60,000 bases of DNA from Mobula hypostoma (lineage: Eukaryota). Under the pieces are notes generated by a model. The model made no database searches. It saw nothing but the letters and a program-made list of their open reading frames with translations, and had not been told where the DNA came from. This document shows, piece by piece, positions 50,872-60,000 of the stretch; the first letter of the stretch is position 1; each line of letters begins with the position of its first letter. The position numbers and the translations under genes are program-made. Location: NCBI RefSeq assembly GCF_963921235.1, contig NC_086107.1:114578001-114638000 (forward strand), written 5' to 3'.

Positions 50872-52015
50872 AACAGGTTAGACAAAGGAGAATCAGTTGA
50901 TGTTGTGTACTTGGATTTTTCGGCCTTCGATGAGGTCCCACACATGAGGCTGCTTAACAAGCTACAAGCCCGTGACATTACAGGAAAGATCCTAGCATTG
51001 ATAAAGCAGTGGCTGATTGGCAGGAGGCAAAAGGTGGAAATAAAGGGAGCCCTTTCTGGCTGGCTGCCGGTGGCTATTGGTGTTCCACAGGGGTCTGAGT
51101 TGGGACCGATTTGTTTTACATAATGTGTCAAAGATTTGGATAATAAAATTGATGGCTTTGTTGCAAAGTTTGCAGGTGATATGAAGATAGGTGGAGGGGC
51201 AGGTAGTTTTGAGCATGTAGAGAGGTTACAGGAGGACATAGGAGAACGGGCAAAGAAATGGCAGACGGAATATAGTGTCAAGAAGTGTATGGTCATGCAC
51301 TTTGGTAGAAGAAATGAAAGGATTGACTATTTTCTAAATGGAGAGAAAATACAAAACACTGAGGCACAAAGGGACTAAGGAGTCCCTAAAGGTTGATTTG
51401 CAGTTTGAGTCCATGGTGAGGAAGGCAAATGCAATGTTAGCATTCAAGAGTACTAGATTGTAAAAGCAAGGATGTAATGCTGACTTTATAAAGCGCTGGT
51501 GAGGCCTCAGTTGGAGTATGGCGAGCAGTTCTGGGCCCCCGATCTTAGAAAGGATGTACTGATACTTGAGAGGGTTCAAAGGAGGTTCATGAAAATGATT
51601 CCAGAATTGAATAGCTTGTCATATGAAATGTGTTTGAAGGGTTTGGGCCCGTATTCACTGGAATTCAGAAGAATCAAGGGTGACCTAATTGAAAACTTTC
51701 AAATGGTGAAAGGCCTTGATAGAGTGAATATAGAGAGGATGTTTCCTATGGTGGGAAAGTCTAAATCAGAGGATCCAACATCAGAATAAAAGGGCGTTCT
51801 TTTAAAATGGAGATGAGGAGAAATTTCTTTAGCCAGAAAGTGGTGAATCTGTGGAATTCGTCGCCACAGGCAGCTGTGGAGGCCATTTTTATGGATACTT
51901 AAGGCAGAGGTCGCTAGATTCTTGAGTGGTCAGGGCAGAAGAGATATGGGAGAAGACAGGAGATTGAGGCTGAGAGGAAAATTGGGTCATAATTCTGCTC
52001 CTGTATCTTATGGTC
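50872..52015 (+). mobile_element. Degraded CR1 RT fragment
   Basis: YLDF..AFD, GVPQGSELGP, KFAGD; stops and frameshifts. Confidence 0.85.
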
Positions 52016-52825
52016 TTATAAAACAGGCTTACTAATCTAGGCGGCCTCTTGGTAGATCTCCTCTGTACTCTCTCTAAAGCTTCCACATCCTTCTTATAAT
52101 GAGGTGACCAAAACTGAACGCAATATCCCAGGTGTGTTCTAACTGGAGTTTTATAGAGCTGCAACATTACCTTGCACCTCTTGAACTCAGTCCCTCAACA
52201 AACAAAGGCCAACCCACCATGTAACATCTTAACCAACCTATCAACTTGCATGGTAACTCTGTGGGATCTATTTTCAATTGTGAGGGGGCTACCACCTCGC
52301 ACAATACTTGTATATGTGATGCACAGTATCTACTAGACTGTGGAAGCGACAGGCAGCTGGGAGATCTGACCTTATTACAAGACACCACTCTACCAGTTAG
52401 GTTGAGGCTGAAGGGATAGGCTGGAAGGGGTGGGGGGAGTCAGTGGTAGGTGAGGATGTGGAGGTGTGACAAAGGGAGGGAAGGTACGTCTGTGGGGGGG
52501 GGGAAGTCAGAGTAAGTGGAGGGACTGAAGTCGTTGGTAAAGAATGGAGGGTGAGTCGGTGGTGTGGATGTGAGGTTGGGGACAGATAGACAGATGTATG
52601 GGAGGTGTAAGGGTAGTTAGTGGTGGGAGGTGGAGCGAGGTGGGTTTGTAAAGGAGCTGGTTGGGGGAGTTGATGAGTGGCTGGAAGGGCATGCAGGGCA
52701 GGGGTAGGGGAGGAGAGATAGCAGTGGATGGGGATGTGGACAGTGTGTTCGTGGGGGAGGGGAGAGAGGGTGTGAGGGTATGAATGGGAAGTGTGCAGGG
52801 AAACTTGCCCTGCCTGGTCCATTAC

Positions 52826-52944
52826 CTCCATGGACATCTTGTGGTGCTTGCCCTGCAGCTGGGTTGCCAGGTCGTGTAGGCGCCGGTTCTCCCCCATCAC
52901 CTCCTGGTTCAGGCATCGGGCACTGTCCTCCAGTTCTGCTGCTC
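52826..52944 (-). CDS. RNF40: RNF40 coding exon 5
   Basis: (G)AAELEDSARCLNQEVMGENRRLHDLATQLQGKHHKMSME; AG/GT; 119 nt. Confidence 0.92.
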
Positions 52945-53868
52945 CTACGGGGGGTCAGCAAGAAAGATGGTGGGTTGGGGAAGAGGAAAGGGTAGAAGGG
53001 AGGGAAAAGGTAGGAGGGGAGGGTTTAGACAAGTGGGGTGGATGGGGGTGGGAGAATGGGGACAGGGGGGTTGACAGAGAGTTGGAATGGGTGAGGGGTT
53101 GAGGGGAAGGTATTGGTGGAGGGGGAGGTAGAGGTAAGAGAGGGGTGGAGGGAGAAGGATGGAGCAGGAGGCAGAGAAGGAGAGGGGATGATAGAGGTGG
53201 CAGGAGGAGGTAGGAGAGGGGAGGGCAGGGCAGATGAGGAGTGGGTGACAGAGAGGCGGATGAGAGAGGACGAAGCAGGGAGAGAAAGGAGACCCATTGT
53301 TACTCTGGTGACCACAATAAGAGCAAAGGCTGGGAGTGACTTTGGGGTGAGGGGTGGGAAGTGGGTCAGGTTCTGCAGACACACAGGGACAGCTAGGCCC
53401 TGACTTGACAACCCCAGCTTGGCAGAACCAGGATATGGGGGTGGGAGGGTCACTTCTCTCCAGTGTGGATCAGCAGAAGGTCTGTCAGTCAGAAGTGGGA
53501 AGGGAGTTCCAGAGGGGAGAGTGAATGGGCCAGGTGGGACAGGGGTAATCAGGAGGGGAGAACGAGCAATGGGATGAGCCGGTGAGGGCTTTCAGAATGG
53601 AGGATGGGGGACGGGCACATGAGGGGTATAGCAGGGAACAGGGGTATGTGGGAGCAGGGTTCTAGAGAGGTGGGGGGCAATAAGGGGAACATCTCAGTGG
53701 AAGGGGAATGAGGAAGAAGGATCCTTGAGGGGCAATGGAGGGGTGTGAGGACTGGATGTTCGTGGGAAAGGGAAGAGGTGGGAGGGGCACATAAACTGCG
53801 GTTTTCTTGGTGACGGGGCAGTGATCTATCTTTTGCATGGGTGAACACAGCTGGAGGCAAGGACTCAC

Positions 53869-54057
53869 CTTGGCTGCTGAGCCTCTGACACAGCCCCTCA
53901 ACGCGGCGGTGCAGCCGGTCGAAGACCTCCACGATGCGTGACACGGCCTTCTTGGAGAAGTCCATGCGTTCCTGGAGCTGCAGTTCGATCTCCTCGCTAC
54001 TGCTGCTCGCAAGGGTGGCCAGGAACGAGAGTGCCGGCTCTTCCAGTGGCTCCTTCA
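53869..54057 (-). CDS. RNF40: RNF40 coding exon 4
   Basis: (V)KEPLEEPALSFLATLASSSSEEIELQLQERMDFSKKAVSRIVEVFDRLHRRVEGLCQRLSSQ; AG/GT; 189 nt. Confidence 0.92.
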
Positions 54058-54179
54058 CTGTGGCAGGAGGGGGGCTTGGGTCTGGCAGAGTGACTGGGTG
54101 GTGGGGGGACAGAGGGAAATGCCAGATGGGACGAGGTGAGGGTGGTGGAGCGGAGAAGAGGGAGGGGGATAGAGGGGGA

Positions 54180-54610
54180 TGGAGGAGGAGGCGGCAGGGG
54201 AGGGGAAGTGGGGGAGAGGGGTAAGTGAGGGGTAGGGGAGTGGGGTAAGTGAGGGGTAGGGGAGAGGGGCAGTGAGGGGTAGGGGAGAGGGGAAGTGAGG
54301 GGTAGGGGAGGGCAAGGGGGGAAGTGAGGGGTGGGGAAGATGGGGAGGGGTGGGGAAGGGGAGTGTGGGGGGCAGAGGGGTGAGGAGCAGGAGGGTGAAG
54401 TGAGGGGAGGGGAGGGGAGGGGGGAAGTTAGGGGTAGGGGAGAGGGGGAAGTGAGGGGGAGGGGAGAGGGGAAGTGAGGGGGAGGGGAGAGGGGGAAGTG
54501 AGGGGTAGGGGGAGAGGGGGAAGTGAGGGGTAGGGGAGGGGGGAAGTGAGGGGGAGGGGAGAAGTGAGGGGTGGGGAGAGGGGGAAGTGAGGGGTGGGGG
54601 AGACAGGGAG
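54180..54610. repeat. G-rich, about 23-bp degenerate tandem repeat
   Basis: Repeats of ggggaagtgaggggtaggggaga. Confidence 0.85.
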
Positions 54611-55021
54611 AGGTAGGGGAAAGGGAGTGTGGGGGGACAGAGGGGTGAGGATGGAGGTAGATAGAGTGAGGGTGCAGAGTGGGGTGGAAGGGGGAGAAAG
54701 ATACAGAGCGAGAAAACATAAAATGTTGTCCATCCTATCCCATTCTTTCACTCCACTCCCTTCTGCTCCCATCCCTCACACCCTCCTTGCTGGCCCCTCT
54801 CCCTCTTCCCCTGCCACCCCTCCCTCTCCTTTCCCCTTCAATCTCTCACCCCTTACGGCCCAATCTCTGCAGTCCATCACTCTTACTCCCTCCCTGTTAC
54901 ATACATTCCCCTATCACCATCTTCCCTCTCCCTCCTTATTGCTGCCCCCATCCCCTTCACTACCATTTCCCCCTCCTCATTGCCCCCCACTGTTCCCCCC
55001 AATTGTCCCAAGGTGGCCCAC

Positions 55022-55166
55022 CTGTCTCCTGCTCTGTGCTCTCTTGTCCCTCGGTGCTGTGGGTGGGCTCGGTGGTGTCTGTGGACTCTGTGTCTTCTCT
55101 GGGCGCTGGCACCTCGTCCGGCTCCGGGTCGTATCTGTGCAGCAGCACCTGCACGTTCTCATCCAG
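55022..55166 (-). CDS. RNF40: RNF40 coding exon 3
   Basis: LDENVQVLLHRYDPEPDEVPAPREDTESTDTTEPTHSTEGQESTEQET; AG/GT; 145 nt, phase 0 to 1. Confidence 0.88.
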
Positions 55167-55214
55167 CTGGGCGTGGGGAACGGAGTAAAGTGGGGGGAGG
55201 GGGGGAGTAGAGTG

Positions 55215-55500
55215 GAAAGTGAGGGGGGGGAGAGGGGAGGGGGAGAGGGAGAGGGGGTGAGGGAGAGGGAGGGGAGGGAGAGAGGGGGAGGGGAGGGAGA
55301 GGGGGTGAGGGAGAGGGAGGGGAGGGAGAGAGGGGGAGGGGAGGGAGAGGGGGTGAGGGAGGGGGAGGGGGTGAGGGAGGGGGAGGGGAGGGAGAGGGGG
55401 AGAGGGAGAGGGGGAGAGGGAGAGGGGGGAGAGGGAGAGGGGGGAGAGGGAGAGGGGGGAGAGGGAGGAGAGGGAGAGGGAGGGGAAGGGGGGGAGGGGG
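55215..55500. repeat. Near-pure polypurine (G/A) tract
   Basis: About 285 bp of G/A with only rare T. Confidence 0.9.
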
Positions 55501-55682
55501 AACATGAGAGGGATAGAGAGAGCAGGTCAACCATAAGGACCAAGGCTTCCCTCCTGACCCTCTCACTTCTCTGACTCTCCCCCTCACCCTTCTCCCCTCA
55601 GTTCTCCCCCCTCCACCTTCCCACGTGTCCCTCCCCTCCTCCTGTACACTCAATCCTCTTTGTACCTCTCTCCCCCACCCAC

Positions 55683-55850
55683 CTGGCTCCAGTATCGGTT
55701 GACGATGAGCAGCGTGGCATCGTCAGTGGCCTGTCGTTTCTCCAGCTTCTCGATCCGTTCCCTCAGTTCGTCCTCAATCGCCTGCCGCTGCTCCAGGCGC
55801 TCCGCCAACTTCTTATTCTTGAACTGGAGGACCTTAAGGTCCATCTCCTC
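55683..55850 (-). CDS. RNF40: RNF40 coding exon 2
   Basis: [60 protein letters not shown]; 168 nt. Confidence 0.96.
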
Positions 55851-56307
55851 CTGCAGTAGGGCAGCCAAAAGTCAGATACCTCCTCACAGACAGCAGACAC
55901 TCTCCTGCTGCCCCCACCCACCTAGGCATGTACCCTCGTGTCTGGACTAGCGCCAGCACGGTGCAAGCAGAGTATAAGGTCCAGAAGGCGGCACAGGATA
56001 TAGTGAACCTGGAGAGGCTTCAGCCAGTGAATGTGGAGTGTGTGGTCCAGTGGAAGGCACTGCCTAATATATCCTACAGGAGACTTACTGGAAACGGATG
56101 GGAGTTACATGGCCAGCAGAATGCAAGGGACAAGGTGATCCATGAAAGAATTACAGATTCAATATGAGAAAAATTAAAGTTTTAACGTTAGTTTCAGTAT
56201 AACTGGAACATAAAAGTAAAGACTGACAAGTAAAAACTTTATACAGTGCTGGACAGACCACATTTGGAATATTGTGCACAATCCAAAGAAGGATGTGCTG
56301 ACTCAGA

Positions 56308-57080
56308 GACTGTCACTAATTATATCCCCAATACCCCTAACACTGTCACTGACTGTATCCCCACTGACGTTAATCCAGCTCTCACACACTATTCCTCAGT
56401 GTCTCCTCACCCCCAGCACCGTGTCACTGACTGTATCCCCAACACCCCTAACACTGTCACTGACTGTATCCCCACTGATGTTAATCCAGCTCTCACACAC
56501 TATTCCTCAGTGTCTCCTCACCCCCAGCACCGTGTCACTGACTGTATCCCCAACACCCCTAACACTGTCACTGACTGTATCCCCACTGATGTTAATCCAG
56601 CTCCCTCTCACCGTCCCTCAGTGACCCCCTCACCCCCATAGCCCTGTCACTGACTGTATCCCTACTGACATTAATCCAGTTCCTTTACATCACCCCTAGG
56701 TGACCCCTCTCCCCCAGCACCCTGTCACTGCTGTATCGCCACTGACGTTAATCCAGCTCCCTCACACCGTCCCTCAGTGACCCCTCTCCCCCTTCACTAT
56801 CACTGACTGTATCCCCAATGATGTTAATCCAGTTCCTTTACATCACCCCTAGGTGACCCCTCACCCCCAGTGTCCCGTCACTGACTGTATCCCCACTGAC
56901 ATTAATCCAGCTCCCTCACACCGTCCCTCAGTGACCCCTCTCCCCCTTCACTGTCACTGACTGTATCCCCACTGACATTAATCCAGCTCCCTCTCACTAT
57001 CCGTCAGTGACCCCTCTCCCCAAACGCCCCACGTCACCATCTGTATCTCCACTGACAATAATGCCCCTCCCTCACACCAT
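56308..57080. repeat. Minisatellite with higher-order structure
   Basis: Core ctgtcactgactgtatccccactga(t/c)gttaatccagctc; about 113-bp two-subunit period at left, about 62-65-bp units at right. Confidence 0.9.
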
Positions 57081-57156
57081 CTGTCTGTAACTCTTCGCCC
57101 TCCCCCCCCCCGTGTTACTGAACAGCTAGCAGAGTCCCACACGCTCACTCACGTAC

Positions 57157-57288
57157 AGTGGAGGAGATCCCTCCCAGGCGAATGGGCTCGATCAGGGTGG
57201 TGGTGGGTTTCTCCTCCGTGTTTGTCTTCTTCTCTGGGGGTCCAGAACCCGCATCGGACGCAGCTCGTTTACTCCCTGCGGCGGACAT
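57157..57288 (-). CDS. RNF40: RNF40 coding exon 1 (start codon)
   Basis: [44 protein letters not shown] matches the RNF40 N-terminus (..[22 protein letters not shown]). Acceptor AG a few nt upstream of the ATG implies a non-coding first exon further right. Donor gtacgt. Confidence 0.93.
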
Positions 57289-58399
57289 CACTCTGGGTGG
57301 GTGGGGGGAGAACAGCAGCTCAGTCTAACCCTGTGTCAGAAAATGGAGTGAGGGAGAAGGTGGAGGCAAAGGAGGGATGTATAGGGGGAGAAACAGTAGA
57401 AAAGGGGACAGACAGGGAGGAGAGGGAGATGTGGGGGTAAAGTGATGTGAGGATGGTGGGAGGGGAGGAAGGAGTATGCGCGAATGGGATAGGGTGAGAA
57501 AGGGGACGAGGGAATGTGGGAGAAAAGGGGTTTGAGGAGGGGTGTAGGAGGAGGGAGTTATAGGGAGGGGGAAGTGGAGTGGGTTAGAGGGGAAGGGGAT
57601 GGTTGGTGAAAGGGGGAGAAGAGGTGGGAAAGAATATATCAATAGTGTTGACACATTTTCTACTCCAGTCCCCTCCTTTCCCCATCCACCCCCTCCAAAT
57701 GTACTCAGCAAACCCTGTATCTGCCTCCATCCCAACTGCCATCCCTTCATTCCCCTTCATCCATTGTCTTTCTTCTCATTTCCCCCCCAATCCTCAACTA
57801 CATCCAGCATCCCTCAAACCTTGCCTCTCACCCTCCTTCTTTTGTCATTTTCTCCCTCTCTTTCACTAATCCCGCCCTCATTCTGTCCCCCTCCATCGCT
57901 CACCATTCAGTTCTCGCTTGCCATTCCCTCACCCCTCATTCTCTCACCCTTGTTCCTTACCCCCATTGCTCACCACTCATTTCCTCCCTGTCCCCTCGCT
58001 CCCCCTTCTCCATTCCCTCCTGGTCTCCTCTCTTCCTCAATCCCTCCAGCAAATTTTGAATGACATCAAGATTGGGGGCACAGCGGAGAGTGAAGACGAC
58101 CATCAAAGCAGGATGTGAAGCAGCTGGAAATTAAAGGAGATAAGTGTGAGGTGCTTCACTTTGGGAGGACAAACCAGCGTAGGACTTACAAAGGGTTTAA
58201 ATAAGAGCAGGAGTGAATGACTATACGGACAGCGGTTGACTGAGGGGGCAAGGGGAATAGGGAATGAGGGGCACTGAGAAAGGGACCCGGGAAAACAGAT
58301 CCATAAACTCGAGTTGCAGGGAGGTGGGAACCAGAGTGGAGTTGTTGTGGAGAAAGATGTTAAGCCTACATACAAAGTCAGGAATTGAAAGGTTGAGCG

Positions 58400-60000
58400 T
58401 GGTGGGACTAATGTTCAGAGCTGTGTATATTTCAATGCAGAGCATTGTAGGAAAGGCAAATGAGCTTTAGGCATGGATCAGCATGTGAAATTATGGCATT
58501 GTCGCCTTAGTTACAGGAGGGGCAGGACAGGCAGCTCATTGTTCCAGGGTTCTGTTGCTTTAGCCGCGAGAAAGCAGGAGGGGTGGCGTTACTAGTCAGG
58601 GGAACTGTTGCTGCAGTACTCAGACAGGACAGGATGGAGAACACGTCCAGTGAGAAATGAGGAATAAGAAATGTACGACCATGTTATTGGGTTTATATCG
58701 GAGACCACCCCACAGTCAGCGGGGTTTAGTGGAGCAAATTTGTCAGGATATTGCACACTGTTGTAAGAAACATAGGGCTGTGATAGTACATGGTTTTAAA
58801 TGTGTTCAGGAAAATTTCTTAATCAGTACCTAGAAATCGCAACCAGTGAGAGTGCCATACTCAATCTATTAGGGAATGAGACGGCAGGTGATAAAATTTG
58901 TGTAGGGGAACACTTTGCATCTAGTGATCATAATGCCATTAGATCAAGGTAGATATGGAAAAGGATAGGCCTGGTCCTTGGGTTAAGATTATAAATTGGA
59001 GAAAGGATAATTTTGATGTTATCAGAAAGGATCTGGCAAGTGTGAATTGGGGCAGGTTGTTTTCTGGCAAAGGTGTACTTGGTAAGTGGGAGACCTTCAA
59101 AAGTGAAATTTTGAGAGAACAGAGTTTGTACATTCCTGTCAGAAAAAAAGGCAAGAATAACAGGTTGAGAGAACCTTGATTTTTGACAGATACTGAGCCC
59201 CTAGTTAAGAAAGAGAAGGAAGTACATAGCAGGTATAAGCATGTTGGAATAAATGAGGTACTTGAGGAGTGTGAGAAATGCAAGAGAACACTTAAGGAAA
59301 TCAGGAGGACCAAGACAACTTGCTAGAGGTTGCTCTAGCAAACTATGTAAAGGAGAATCCGAAGGGCTTCCACAGAAATATTAAGAGCAAGAGGACAAAA
59401 TTGGTCCTCTGGAAGATCAGAGTGGTAACCTGTGCATGGACCCAAAAGAGATGGGGAGATCACAAAAGAATTTTTTCTGCATCTGTGTTTACTTGGGAGA
59501 TATGAGGCAATGCAGCAGCGAGAACATGGATCCCATAGTTTACAGAGGTGATGTTTATTGTCTTGAGGTAAACCAGGGTGGATAAATCCCCAGAGCACGA
59601 CAACGGGTTCCCTTGGACCCTGGGGAAGGCTAGTGCAGAAATTACAGGGGCCTTAGTAGTGATATTTAAAACATTTTTAGCTGCTGGTGGGATGCCGATG
59701 AATTATAGGATAGCTGATATGGTTCCATTATTTAAGAAAGGCTCTGAAAATGAGCCCGACATCAGTAGTAAGAAAGTTATTGTAAAGTATTCTAAGGAAC
59801 TGGATTTATAAGTACTTGGATAGACATGGACTGATTAGGGATCGTCAACCTGACTTGGTGCGTAGTAAGTCGTGTCTAACAAATCTTGTGGGGTTTTTCA
59901 AGAAAGTTACTAGGAAAATTGATGAAGGGAAGGCAGCTGACTACATAGACAGTAGCAATGCCTTTGTCATGGGAGGTTGGTCAGAAAGGCAATCACTTGG
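58400..60000 (+). mobile_element. Old degraded CR1 ORF2 (endonuclease to RT), running off the window
   Basis: Remnants of YFNAQSI, GGGVALLV, SDHNAI, NWRKDNF, ENPKGF, DKSP, SCLTNL with many stops. Confidence 0.8.

Noticed and set aside
53997..55653. Long Pro/Ser- or Gly/Glu-rich ORFs (240-326 aa)
   Set aside because: By-products of stop-poor purine/pyrimidine tracts spanning RNF40 introns
27544..57288. Calling the E3 ligase RNF20 (BRE1A)
   Set aside because: The N-terminus ([19 protein letters not shown]), the FQGG-ITL exon, the C-terminal RIYIS and FUS linkage fit RNF40 better

Overview
Vertebrate genomic DNA. The repeat content (CR1/HER1-type LINEs, V-SINEs, Penelope-like tails) suggests a cartilaginous fish, probably a ray; this is inferred. 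Two spliced genes lie on the minus strand. (1) RNF40/BRE1B (H2B ubiquitin E3 ligase): the complete CDS was hand-assembled from 19 coding exons between 57288 and 27544. All introns are GT-AG with matching phases, giving 3087 nt / 1028 aa, with a 3' UTR to about 26.25 kb. (2) FUS (FET-family RNA-binding protein): coding exons 1-3 at 11032-1776, with a CpG-island promoter at about 10.3-11.7 kb; the rest of the gene lies left of the window. Introns and the intergenic gap hold CR1, L1, Rex/L2-like and Penelope-like retroelement pieces, a Tc1 element, hAT elements, SINEs and minisatellites. Most ORF-track entries are repeat-derived or spurious. The most notable non-obvious observations are: minimal hammerhead-ribozyme motifs in fold-back Penelope-type inserts (one next to the FUS promoter, one inside a nested hAT composite), an altFUS-like overlapping ORF start, a possible divergent spliced transcript, and long AG-free pyrimidine tracts with complementary purine/pyrimidine halves in RNF40 introns. 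No wholly new biological system can be demonstrated from the sequence alone.
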